Shown: one piece after another, positions 21,525 to 30,105 of the stretch
How the letters are laid out: every line of letters begins with the position of its first letter
How positions within the stretch are numbered: the first letter of the stretch is position 1
Assembly: GCA_963762585.1 (NCBI GenBank)
Contig: CAVXLF010000023.1
Location: 85,035-149,034 of the forward strand
Source of the DNA: an uncultured Verrucomicrobiae bacterium
GTDB lineage: Bacteria; Verrucomicrobiota; Verrucomicrobiia; Limisphaerales; UBA11358
Reading direction: 5' to 3'
DNA length: 64,000 nt
Made by a program: the position numbers and the translations under genes
Notes under the pieces: model-generated
The model's database searches: none
Told to the model about the DNA's origin: nothing
The model's input: the letters and a program-made list of their open reading frames with translations, nothing else

Positions 21525-21552
21525 GATTTACGATTTACGATTTACGATTGAC
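21525..21552. repeat. Tandem heptamer array GATTTAC x4
   Basis: GATTTAC GATTTAC GATTTAC GATTGAC, 5 nt upstream of acpS ATG. Confidence 0.8.
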
Positions 21553-21592
21553 GCGCAAGCAAACTCGGCTGGGCAAAGCGGCTGCGGTAAAA

Positions 21593-21657
21593 GGAGCGCG
21601 GACAACCGTCCTCGAGTTCCCGGTTTTACCATCACGCGGACAAGCCGTCCGCGCTCC
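21593..21657. repeat. 11-bp inverted repeat with internal hairpins in pdxJ-acpS spacer
   Basis: GGAGCGCGGAC (21593-21603) and GTCCGCGCTCC (21647-21657); the right arm also forms CGCGGAC-AAGCC-GTCCGCG. Confidence 0.55.
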
Positions 21658-21663
21658 GGCCGC

Positions 21664-22449
21664 TTACCCGCGACAATTTTTCATCAAGCGCAGCATCTCC
21701 TTGACCGCGGTTTTGAGGCCAGTCATGACCGCCCGGCTGACGATGCTGTGGCCGATGTTCAATTCCACCAGGTGCGGCACGCGATGGAGTAGCGGCAGGT
21801 TTTCGTAATTCAATCCGTGTCCCGCATTCACCCGCAGGCCGAGCGCGTGCGCCTGCTCCGCGGCGGCGATGAGGCGGTCGAGTTCTGATAAATCGGTAGG
21901 GACGGCGCGCTGCGCCGTCCGGTCATCGCCGCGCGATGACCCTACCTTTTTATAAAATTCCTCCGCAAACGCACCGGTGTGCAATTCGACAAACTGGCTT
22001 CCGACCCGCGCGCTGGCCTCAATCTGCTCTTTATCCGGTGCAATGAACAAACTCACCTCGATGCCGGCATCGTTCATTTTCTGGCGTGTTTTGGTCAGAG
22101 CTTTTTCACTCGCGGCCACGTCCAGTCCGCCCTCGGTGGTCACTTCCGACCGGCGTTCGGGCACGAGGCAGATGATATCCGGTTTTAATTTCAGCGCGAT
22201 GGCGATGATGTCCGGCAGGTTGGCCATTTCGAGGTTGAGCCGGGTTTTGACGGTTTTCCGCAATTTCCAGATATCGCGGTCCTGGATGTGCCGGCGGTCT
22301 TCGCGCAGGTGCGCGGTGATGCCGTGCGCGCCGGCGGCCTCGCAAATCCGCGCGGCCTCGACCGGGTCCGGTTCACCAAATCCACGGTTGCGATAACGCG
22401 CTTCGCGGATGGTCGCGACGTGGTCAATATTGACACCCAGTTTCAACAT
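21664..22449 (-). CDS. pdxJ: Pyridoxine 5'-phosphate synthase (carries in-frame repeat insertion)
   Basis: ATG 22449: [60 protein letters not shown]. Confidence 0.92.
   Translation of the reverse strand: MLKLGVNIDHVATIREARYRNRGFGEPDPVEAARICEAAGAHGITAHLREDRRHIQDRDIWKLRKTVKTRLNLEMANLPDIIAIALKLKPDIICLVPERRSEVTTEGGLDVAASEKALTKTRQKMNDAGIEVSLFIAPDKEQIEASARVGSQFVELHTGAFAEEFYKKVGSSRGDDRTAQRAVPTDLSELDRLIAAAEQAHALGLRVNAGHGLNYENLPLLHRVPHLVELNIGHSIVSRAVMTGLKTAVKEMLRLMKNCRG
21897..21946. repeat. 50-nt double-hairpin REP-like element inside pdxJ coding sequence
   Basis: TAGGGACGGCGCGCTGCGCCGTCCGGTCATCGCCGCGCGATGACCCTACC; translated on the minus strand as [18 protein letters not shown]. Confidence 0.85.
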
Positions 22450-22558
22450 GTAATCAACCTGCCAGCCTTGCGTCTGGCACAACAGAATATTTTCAAGAGG
22501 TGCATTTCGTGCCAAAAGAGTTCCCCTTTGGCAAATTCAATTACATTCGAATTGCCCG

Positions 22559-23044
22559 ATGGCCGCGAATCCGATTTTATTTGGCGTGCCCAGCATCCGC
22601 CCGTTTCTCAAATACTGGCTGCCGGTGGTAATCTGGATGGCGCTGATTTTCACGGCCTCCAGCGACGCGCATTCCTATGAGCGTTCATCGCGGCTCATCG
22701 CGCCGCTCTTGTACTGGCTGTTCCCGCACATTTCGGCCGGGACGGTTGACGAGATTGTTTTCATAGCCCGCAAATGCGCGCATCTGACCGAATACTCCGT
22801 GTTTGCGCTGTTGCTTTGGCGCGCCATCCGCCGGCCGCAAAAAAGCCGTCCGCGTCCGTGGAACTGGCGTGAAGCACGGCTCACACTGATGCTGGTGATG
22901 CTTTACGCGGCGAGCGACGAATTTCATCAGGTTTTTGTGCCGACGCGCACGCCGGCCGTGCATGACGTGGTGATTGACACCCTGGGCGGCGCGGCCGGTT
23001 TGTTGGCGCTTTGGCTGCTTGGCCGCTGGCAAAAACGTTGGTAA
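22559..23044 (+). CDS. VanZ-like family membrane protein
   Basis: 161 aa, 4 TM; ...KCAHLTEYSVFALL...ASDEFHQVFVPTRT....DVVIDTLG pattern of VanZ family. Confidence 0.75.
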   Translation: MAANPILFGVPSIRPFLKYWLPVVIWMALIFTASSDAHSYERSSRLIAPLLYWLFPHISAGTVDEIVFIARKCAHLTEYSVFALLLWRAIRRPQKSRPRPWNWREARLTLMLVMLYAASDEFHQVFVPTRTPAVHDVVIDTLGGAAGLLALWLLGRWQKRW

Positions 23045-23053
23045 GCTTGCCAG

Positions 23054-25510
23054 GTGAAACGTCCGCTGGTCGGTGTCGTTTCGTGCTATGTCATCGGATT
23101 GCTGCTGGCCGGAATTTATCAACCGGCACCCGCCGCGCTGTTTGCCTGCGCTTTGGTCGTCCTCGCTTCCGCCCTGGTGCTCAAGAAATTCCGTCCGTGG
23201 CTGATCTGGCCGCTCATCGCGCTGATCGGCTGGACGAATCTCGTCAGCCGCACCACCGTCGTTTCACCGGACGACCTGCGCGCTTTGCTGGGCAACGACG
23301 ACGCCATCGTGTCCGTGCGTGGCATTTTGCAGGAGACGCCACACGTCAAAATCGTCGAACGCGATGACCGGGCAACCGAACATTCCCTTGCCCGGGTCCG
23401 GGTGGCGGAATTGCGCCGGGGCGAAAACTGGCAGCCGGCAGCCGGCGAAATCATGGTCGCCACACCGGGCACGCTTTCCGATCGTTTCTTTGCCGGGCAA
23501 CCCGTGGAAATCACCGGCGTCATCGCCCGGCCGCCGGCGCCGCTGGCGGAAGGCCTTTTTGATTATCGTGATTACCTCCAGACGCGCGGAATTTATTACC
23601 AGCTCAAAACCGGTTCGACCAACGACTGGCAGCTCAGGGTGCCGTCCCTGGCGAATCCGCCCTTGACCGACCGGTTTTTGAACTGGGCGAGGAAAACACT
23701 CGCGTTGGGACTGCCGGTGGAGGATGAGCCGCTGCATCTGCTTTGGGCCATGACCCTCGGCTGGCGGACGGCGTTCACCGGCGATATCAGCGAGCCTTTC
23801 CTGCGTGCCGGCACGATGCATCTGTTTGCCATCGATGGACTGCGCATTGCGTTGATTGCCGCGATGCTTGTGGCGTTGCTCCGGGTGATACAGGTCTCGC
23901 GCGCCTGGTGCGGTGCCGTCGCCATTCCGGTCATCTGGTTTTACACCGCCGCCACCGGTTGGGAATCTTCCGCCCTCCGGGCCTCGGTGATGATGACCGT
24001 CATCCTCGGCGGCTGGGCTTTGAAACGGCCGGGTGACACCCTCAATTCGCTCGCCGCCGCCGCCTTCATCATCCTGCTGTGGGAACCGCGCCAGCTTTTT
24101 GAAACCAGTTTTCAACTTTCCTTTTTTGTCGTGCTCGTCATCGCGCTGATGTTGCCGGCGCTGAACCAGATCATTGACCGGCTGTTGCGGCACGACCCGT
24201 TGCTGCCGGAGGAACTGCTGCCGCGCTGGCGGCGGGCGCTCACCGCGACCCTGCGGATGCTCGGACGCTATTGCGCGCTTTCGTTTGCGGCGTGGGCCGG
24301 TTCCATCCCGCTCGCGGCAAAATTTTTTCATTTGTTCAGCCCGGTTTCGACGCCCGCCAACCTCATCGCCGTGCCGCTGGGCACACTCGCGCTGATGAGC
24401 AATTTTGGCGCGCTCATTTCTGGCACGTGGCTGCCGTGGGTGACGGAATTATTCAATCACAGCGCGTGGTTCTTCATGGTCGCGATGACATGGGTCAGTG
24501 AAGTTGCCACCAAAATTCCGGGCGCCTTCTTTTACGTCCCGGAACCGTCGTGGTTGGAAATCGGACTTTATTACGCCGTGCTGGTCGGCATTTTGAGCGG
24601 CTGGCTCTGGGCGCCCAAACGAAGAATCTGGAGCGCGGCGGCATTGATTTTGATCGCGGCCGGCGGCATCTGGCACTGGCAAACCTGGCGCACCGAAACC
24701 AAACTGACCGTTCTGCCGTTGAACGGCGGGCAGGCAGTCTGGGTGGACGCCGCCGGCCGGAAAAACGACTGGCTGGTGGATTGCGGCAATGACCGCGCCG
24801 TCGAGTTCACGCTCAAACCATTTCTCCGCGGGCAGGGCGTGAATTGGATTCCGCGTTTGATTTTGACCCACGGCGATTTGCGGAACGTGGGCGGGGCGGA
24901 GTCACTGGATGAACTCTTTGGCATCGGCGAAGTGGACACCAGTTCCGTTCCTTTCCGCTCAGCGGTGTATCGCCAGATCGTCGCGGAATTTGAACAACCA
25001 CCGGCGCGGCACAAAATCATCAATCGCGGCGGTACCACCGGCTGCTGGCGGGTGTTGCACCCCGAGGCCGCAAATAATTTTCCGCGCGCGGATGACAATG
25101 CGCTGGTGTTGCTAGGCAATTATTCCGGCACACGCGTGCTGCTGCTGTCGGACCTGGGGCGCGCCGGCCAGGACGCCTTGCTGGCGCGCACCAATGATTT
25201 GCGGGCGGACATAGTCGTTGCCGGCCTGCCGAATGCCGGCGAACCGCTTTGTGACGAACTGCTGGCGGCGATTGAACCGAAAGTCATTGTGGTGGCGGAT
25301 TCGGAGTTTCCCGCCACCCGCCGGGCGGGTTTTGAATTGAAGGCACGCCTGGCCGGGCAAAAAGCGCCGGTCATCTTTACGCGCACCGCGGGCGCGGTGA
25401 CCATCCGGGCGCGACCGGATTATTGGGAGCTGCGGACCATGGACGGGCAGAAATTCGAGTTCAAGGGTGGGGCGGATGTCGCGTCCGTTTCTATCACGAA
25501 GAAAGATTGA
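23054..25510 (+). CDS. comEC: ComEC/Rec2 DNA internalisation protein (DUF4131 + competence + metallo-beta-lactamase)
   Basis: 818 aa, GTG start; polytopic core (GTMHLFAIDGLRIA..), C-terminal LILTHGDLRNVGG beta-lactamase-fold block. Confidence 0.85.
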   Translation: MKRPLVGVVSCYVIGLLLAGIYQPAPAALFACALVVLASALVLKKFRPWLIWPLIALIGWTNLVSRTTVVSPDDLRALLGNDDAIVSVRGILQETPHVKIVERDDRATEHSLARVRVAELRRGENWQPAAGEIMVATPGTLSDRFFAGQPVEITGVIARPPAPLAEGLFDYRDYLQTRGIYYQLKTGSTNDWQLRVPSLANPPLTDRFLNWARKTLALGLPVEDEPLHLLWAMTLGWRTAFTGDISEPFLRAGTMHLFAIDGLRIALIAAMLVALLRVIQVSRAWCGAVAIPVIWFYTAATGWESSALRASVMMTVILGGWALKRPGDTLNSLAAAAFIILLWEPRQLFETSFQLSFFVVLVIALMLPALNQIIDRLLRHDPLLPEELLPRWRRALTATLRMLGRYCALSFAAWAGSIPLAAKFFHLFSPVSTPANLIAVPLGTLALMSNFGALISGTWLPWVTELFNHSAWFFMVAMTWVSEVATKIPGAFFYVPEPSWLEIGLYYAVLVGILSGWLWAPKRRIWSAAALILIAAGGIWHWQTWRTETKLTVLPLNGGQAVWVDAAGRKNDWLVDCGNDRAVEFTLKPFLRGQGVNWIPRLILTHGDLRNVGGAESLDELFGIGEVDTSSVPFRSAVYRQIVAEFEQPPARHKIINRGGTTGCWRVLHPEAANNFPRADDNALVLLGNYSGTRVLLLSDLGRAGQDALLARTNDLRADIVVAGLPNAGEPLCDELLAAIEPKVIVVADSEFPATRRAGFELKARLAGQKAPVIFTRTAGAVTIRARPDYWELRTMDGQKFEFKGGADVASVSITKKD

Positions 25511-25533
25511 GACGGGCAGGAAGCCTGTCCTAC
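25511..25533. repeat. GTAGG-headed small hairpin (head on minus strand) supplying the folB stop codon
   Basis: Minus strand GTAGGACAGGCTTCCTGCCCGTC; the TAG of the head is at 25530-25532, which is the folB stop. Confidence 0.6.
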
Positions 25534-25886
25534 GGCTTCCGGACTTCAACTGAAACGTGCCGCGCTTCCGGAACCGGGAATTTTTTGACCTCGACCGTGA
25601 CGCTTTGCGGTTTGAATTCAGCCAGAATGAGGTTGGCAATATCGGCGGCAAGTTTCTCGATGAGTTGCCACTCACGCCCATCGCCGAATTTCAACAACCG
25701 TTGTGAAACGGCGAAATAATCAATCGTGTCACGGATATTATCGCTCTCCTCCGCCGCCGAAAAATCAAAATCCATCTCCACCGTCAGCAACAAACGCTGC
25801 GGCTTGACGCGTTCCGCCGCCGGCACGCCGACGCGATGGAAAACTTCGAGGTCCACGATGGTGATTTTTGGCAATGAATTTTTCAT
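25530..25886 (-). CDS. folB: Dihydroneopterin aldolase
   Basis: 118 aa; GVPAAER...Q.L...V....D......SD.I.DTIDY...... pattern and size of FolB. Confidence 0.85.
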   Translation of the reverse strand: MKNSLPKITIVDLEVFHRVGVPAAERVKPQRLLLTVEMDFDFSAAEESDNIRDTIDYFAVSQRLLKFGDGREWQLIEKLAADIANLILAEFKPQSVTVEVKKFPVPEARHVSVEVRKP

Positions 25887-25900
25887 TTTTGAACCGCGGA

Positions 25901-27031
25901 TTACGCAGATTTCACAGGTTTGCTTTTTTTATCCGCGCCATCCGCGTGATCCGTGACAGGTTTTGTTTTCAAAACCGCTTCCAGCAGAATCCGCGTCGGT
26001 GTATTCAGCGGCATTTTCAGCGCCCCGGCGGTGGTGACCCAGCGGGATTCGCGCGCCTCGTCGTTGAGTGTCACGCGCGGTTTGCCGGCGCAACGGCAGG
26101 TGTAGTTCAGCAGGACAAAATGCGCGTCGCGATAAAATTCCCTGGAATGAATGCAATCCTGCACGAGCACGAACTCAATGTCGGTCACCTCGAGTCCGGT
26201 CTCCTCCTTGATTTCACGGCAAAGCGCGTCCACGGACGGCTCGCCCCATTTGATTTTGCCGCCGGGGATGCCCCAGAGATTCGACCATTTGTGGGTGCGA
26301 ATCATCAGCACTTCGCCGGCATCGTTGAAAATCAGCGCGCCGACGGTGGCCAGCGGCGGGTGAATTTCCTCGAATTTTTCCGTCTCCGGCTTCAGGCGCA
26401 AATCGTTCTGTTCCAAAATGCGGCGCAATTCGCCGAGATGTTCAACAATCAAATCCGGCCCGGCTTCGCGCAATTGTTCCAGCGTGTTGTAGCCGGTGAG
26501 CACGGCGCAGGAATGAATCCCGCCGTGCCGGGCCGTCTCGATGTCATGCTGCATGTCGCCGATGAACAGTGTTTCGTCCGGCGTGAGCTGGTTTTCGGCG
26601 AGGATTTCGTGGATTTTTTTCCGCTTGTCCAAAACGTCGGTATAAGGCCGGTCGAGAAAGGCGTCGAAGCCGGTCACCAGGCATTGCGCGTCAAAATGCG
26701 CGCGCTGAATCGTGCTCAACAGAAACGTGCGCATCCGGTGGGTGCGGCAAAATTCGAGAAAATTCCGCGCGTAGGGCAATTCGCAAACGGAATCCTGAAT
26801 CTGGCGGTAATGGGCATGGAACCAGTCTTCCAGTTGCGGCAGCGGCACGTGCGGCGTGTGGCGATCGTAAAAATCCGTGAACGGCAGGGAAAATTCGGCG
26901 CGAAACTGTTCCAGCGTCATTTCGGGGCGGTCGGCCTGGGCGAGGACAAAATTGGTCGCTTTCCAGACGGCGGGCAGATCATCCACCAGCGTGCCCGACC
27001 AGTCGAAGATGATATTGCGAATCACGCGCAA
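25901..27031 (-). CDS. HAD-superfamily hydrolase fused to Nudix hydrolase
   Basis: N-terminal HAD: IIFDWSGTLVDD (motif I with Ser at D+2), FLLST, GDMQHDIETA. C-terminal Nudix box GGKIKWGEPSVDALCREIKEETGL intact. TTG/GTG start. The last ~20 aa are encoded by a 9-mer repeat. Confidence 0.8.
   Translation of the reverse strand: MRVIRNIIFDWSGTLVDDLPAVWKATNFVLAQADRPEMTLEQFRAEFSLPFTDFYDRHTPHVPLPQLEDWFHAHYRQIQDSVCELPYARNFLEFCRTHRMRTFLLSTIQRAHFDAQCLVTGFDAFLDRPYTDVLDKRKKIHEILAENQLTPDETLFIGDMQHDIETARHGGIHSCAVLTGYNTLEQLREAGPDLIVEHLGELRRILEQNDLRLKPETEKFEEIHPPLATVGALIFNDAGEVLMIRTHKWSNLWGIPGGKIKWGEPSVDALCREIKEETGLEVTDIEFVLVQDCIHSREFYRDAHFVLLNYTCRCAGKPRVTLNDEARESRWVTTAGALKMPLNTPTRILLEAVLKTKPVTDHADGADKKSKPVKSA
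25931..25957. repeat. Tandem 9-mer ATCCG(C/T)GNN x3
   Basis: ATCCGCGCC ATCCGCGTG ATCCGTGAC, inside the 3' end of the HAD-Nudix ORF. Confidence 0.65.
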
Positions 27032-27044
27032 ATTTTAACCGCGC

Positions 27045-27062
27045 AAGACACGAAAGACACGA
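27045..27062. repeat. Tandem 9-mer AAGACACGA x2
   Basis: AAGACACGAAAGACACGA in the divergent HAD-Nudix / rluE spacer. Confidence 0.55.
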
Positions 27063-27124
27063 AAAGATTTTTCTCCGTTCCCGGTCCGCAAAGGAACGTG
27101 AAAATCGGGGGCAATGGCGGTTTT

Positions 27125-27159
27125 GAAAACTTGAAACTTGAAACCTGACACTGGAAACT
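27125..27159. repeat. Tandem heptamer array (T/G)GAAACT x5
   Basis: GAAAACT TGAAACT TGAAACC TGACACT GGAAACT, ends 7 nt before the rluE-like GTG. Confidence 0.75.
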
Positions 27160-27165
27160 CCCCAA

Positions 27166-27840
27166 GTGCTCATCGCATTCAACAAGCCGTTCGGCGTGCT
27201 GTCGCAGTTCACCGGGGATGGCCCGGCGAGTCGCACGCTGGCGGAATTCAATTTTTCCAAAGACGTTTACCCCATCGGCCGGCTGGACGCGGATTCCGAG
27301 GGGCTGTTGCTGTTGAGTGACGAGCCGGAGTGGAACGAACGCCTGCTGCATCCCCGTCAGGCGCATCAACGCGAGTATTGGGCGCAGGTGGAGCGCATCC
27401 CGGCGCCGGAAGCGTTGAAGAAATTGGAACGCGGGGTTTTGATTCAAGGCCGGAAAACCTTGCCGTGCCGCGCGTGGCTTCTGGAGCCGCAACCGGAGGT
27501 GGCTGCGACGCCTCGTCGCAGCAGCGTGGCAGCGACGCCCCCGTCGCAACCTGTTCCCGTCGTCGGGGCGACGACGACACCTTTCGGCGACGGGGCGTCG
27601 CCGCCACAAATTCCACCACGGAACCCTCCGATTCGTTTCCGCAAAAGCGTGCCCGATTGCTGGATCGGCCTGGAATTGATTGAAGGCAAAAATCGTCAGG
27701 TGCGGCGCATGACCGCCGCCATCGGCCATCCGACGTTGCGGCTGATTCGCGTTCGCATCGGCGGATTGAAACTTGGCACACTTGCTGCAGGCGAATGGAA
27801 GGTGCTCTCGATGGAAGAACGCCGGTCCCTGGCAAATTGA
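27166..27840 (+). CDS. rluE: Pseudouridine synthase, RsuA/RluE family (carries in-frame repeat insertion)
   Basis: GTG start; FNKPFGVLSQF, YPIGRLDADSEGLLLL (catalytic Asp), PRNPPIRFRKSVP, EGKNRQVRRMTAAIGHPTLRLIR. Confidence 0.85.
   Translation: MLIAFNKPFGVLSQFTGDGPASRTLAEFNFSKDVYPIGRLDADSEGLLLLSDEPEWNERLLHPRQAHQREYWAQVERIPAPEALKKLERGVLIQGRKTLPCRAWLLEPQPEVAATPRRSSVAATPPSQPVPVVGATTTPFGDGASPPQIPPRNPPIRFRKSVPDCWIGLELIEGKNRQVRRMTAAIGHPTLRLIRVRIGGLKLGTLAAGEWKVLSMEERRSLAN
27502..27602. repeat. Four consecutive CGACG/CGTCG-core hairpins inside the rluE-like ORF
   Basis: GCTGCGACG-CCT-CGTCGCAGC (27502-27522); GCGACG-CCCC-CGTCGC; CGTCGTCG-GGG-CGACGACG (27559-27577); GGCGACG-GGG-CGTCGCC (27586-27602). 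Confidence 0.75.
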
Positions 27841-27882
27841 TGGGGTAATGATTTAAGCTGCCATTTCCAAACCACGCGCGTC

Positions 27883-28929
27883 ATGTTCTTTTTCCTCGCG
27901 AACCTTGTTGTATTGACGCTTGCCGCCCTGGCGTCCTGGCGGCTGAGCGGCTATGACACGAAGCTGACGGGGGAAAATGAAACACGAGACCGCGTTCGCC
28001 GGGGCATCCGCTCTGGCATCACCTTGTTCCTGGTGGAATTGGGCTTTTGGAGTTTGTGGCGATACTGGCGTTACAATGATCAGACGAGTGGGATCGTGTA
28101 TTTGTTTGTTTTGCTGCCGCTGGTTGCCCTCTGGTGTGGCTGCCTCGGCGAAATGGTGGCGCACGGGTTTCACTGGCTCGTCGACCCCGGAGATCATCGC
28201 GAGTTTGACCCCCATAAGAGCCGCCGTGACCTGGATGCCATTGCCAGCCTGATCCGGCAGGGCCGGAAGGAGGAGGCCATTCAATTGTGCCAATCCCTCA
28301 AGGAATCCGGAGAGGTCAGCGTGGTGACCATGGAAACCATGTTGGAAAAACTCGGCGCCAAACCGGACCAGGTTCAAAAGTCCCGGCCTCTGGCTGAAGC
28401 TTATCGCCTGCGGGCGCAGGGAAAATCAAGTGAGGCTGAATCCATGCTCCATTCGTTGCTCCTGGAAAATCCATCCAACGTGGACGCGGCGCTCATGCTG
28501 ATGCGGCTTTATGCTGAAGATATGCATCGCAGCGACAAGGCTTACGAGGTGCTTCGGTCCTTCGAACAGCAATCTCATATTACCTCCGGCCATGTTGAAT
28601 TCGCCCGCCGTTCCATTGCTGGCTGGGCGAACCCCAGGCCGAAGGAAGCAGCCGTTGAAGTTCAACCCGAATCCGTTGACGAACTGATCGCCCACCGGTA
28701 TTTCGGCACCGCCATTGAAGTTTTGGAGCAAAAAATCAAGGCACAGCCGCAGGATTTTGATTCATGGCTGAAACTGGCCGGGACACACTGCCAACATTGC
28801 GGCAATTGGAGGCGGGCTGAAAAAATCATCCAACAAATCGAGGCCAATCCCGCCTTCCGCCCGGAACAAATCCAACTGGCCAAAACCAGGCTCAAGGCAT
28901 GGCGCGAAGCCAAATCGCAGATCGGTTAA
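27883..28929 (+). CDS. Membrane-anchored helical-repeat (TPR-like) protein, function unknown
   Basis: 348 aa; 3-4 N-terminal TM helices then alpha-helical repeats; no diagnostic motif recognised. Confidence 0.4.
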   Translation: MFFFLANLVVLTLAALASWRLSGYDTKLTGENETRDRVRRGIRSGITLFLVELGFWSLWRYWRYNDQTSGIVYLFVLLPLVALWCGCLGEMVAHGFHWLVDPGDHREFDPHKSRRDLDAIASLIRQGRKEEAIQLCQSLKESGEVSVVTMETMLEKLGAKPDQVQKSRPLAEAYRLRAQGKSSEAESMLHSLLLENPSNVDAALMLMRLYAEDMHRSDKAYEVLRSFEQQSHITSGHVEFARRSIAGWANPRPKEAAVEVQPESVDELIAHRYFGTAIEVLEQKIKAQPQDFDSWLKLAGTHCQHCGNWRRAEKIIQQIEANPAFRPEQIQLAKTRLKAWREAKSQIG

Positions 28930-28980
28930 TTGACAGGGTCATCGATTGACGGTGTGAAATGTTGGCGGTAACTTCTTTCC

Positions 28981-30003
28981 ATGATTGCTGTTGCTGACCA
29001 TTCCGCACCGGTCGTGGACGACCTGCAAGTCCGCCCGGCCATGGCCCCTTCGCGGTTCGAGCCGCTGGCCCGGGAGATTTTCGCGCTCAAAAAGCAGCTC
29101 AACGCCGTCATTCTCGCCCACAATTATCAGGTGCCGGAAATCCAGGACGTGGCGGATTACGTCGGCGACTCGCTCGGCCTGTCGCAACAGGCGGCCAAAA
29201 CGAGCGCGGATGTGATTGTGTTCTGCGGCGTGCATTTCATGGCTGAGACGGCGAAGATTTTGAACCCGAACAAGATTGTCGTGCTACCGGACAAGAACGC
29301 GGGCTGTTCGCTCGAGGAAAGTTGTCCCGCGGACAAACTGGCCGCGCTCCAGGCGACGAATCCCAATTTCTGGACCATCGCCTACATCAATTGCAGCGCG
29401 GCGGTAAAGGCCCTGACCGACGTGATCTGCACCAGCGGCAACGCGGTGAAAATCGTTCAGGCCGCGCCCAGGGACAAGGACATCCTGTTTGTGCCGGACG
29501 AAAACCTGGGTGCGTGGGTGATGGAACAGACCGGCCGCCCGATGACGTTGTGGCAGGGCAATTGTTACGCGCACGTCGAGTTCCGGCGCGAACAGGTGCT
29601 GAAATTGCGCGCGAAATATCCCGACGCCAAGGTTGTGGTGCATCCGGAAAGTTTGCGCGAAGTGCGTGATCTGGCCGACGCGGTTTGCTCGACGGAGCGA
29701 ATGATTTCCTACTGCAAATCGGACCCGGCCAAACGATTCGTCGTGGTGACGGAATCGGGCATAATCCACCGGATGCAGAAGGAATGTCCGGGCAAGGAAT
29801 TTCTATGCGCGCCGGTGTTCGACGTGATGCGGCTGCCGTCGGATCATTGCCGTTGCAGTGAGTGCAAGTACATGAAGCTGAACACGCTGGAAAAGGTGCG
29901 CGACTGCATGAAACAGCTCGCGCCGCGCGTTGAATTACCGGCGGAAATCTTGAAGCGCGCCCGGTTGCCCATTGAGCGGATGCTGGAAATTTCAGCGCGG
30001 TAG
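28981..30003 (+). CDS. nadA: Quinolinate synthase
   Basis: 340 aa; ILAHNYQVPEIQDVAD.VGDS, FCGVHFMAETAKIL, AYINCSA, VVHPES, TESGI; start could be the later Met at 29041. Confidence 0.93.
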   Translation: MIAVADHSAPVVDDLQVRPAMAPSRFEPLAREIFALKKQLNAVILAHNYQVPEIQDVADYVGDSLGLSQQAAKTSADVIVFCGVHFMAETAKILNPNKIVVLPDKNAGCSLEESCPADKLAALQATNPNFWTIAYINCSAAVKALTDVICTSGNAVKIVQAAPRDKDILFVPDENLGAWVMEQTGRPMTLWQGNCYAHVEFRREQVLKLRAKYPDAKVVVHPESLREVRDLADAVCSTERMISYCKSDPAKRFVVVTESGIIHRMQKECPGKEFLCAPVFDVMRLPSDHCRCSECKYMKLNTLEKVRDCMKQLAPRVELPAEILKRARLPIERMLEISAR

Positions 30004-30023
30004 GGCGGCGCTGCCGCGCCGCC
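30000..30023. repeat. GTAGGG-headed hairpin supplying the nadA stop codon
   Basis: GTAGGGCGGCGCTGCCGCGCCGCC: GGCGGCGC-TGCC-GCGCCGCC stem; TAG at 30001-30003 is the nadA stop. Confidence 0.7.
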
Positions 30024-30105
30024 GAGGCCGGGCAGCAGCCTGGCCCTGCCAAAAGTTGGAGACAGGCGCGACGCCGGTTCTACAGCGTAGGTTTGGCCCG
30101 CTGAC

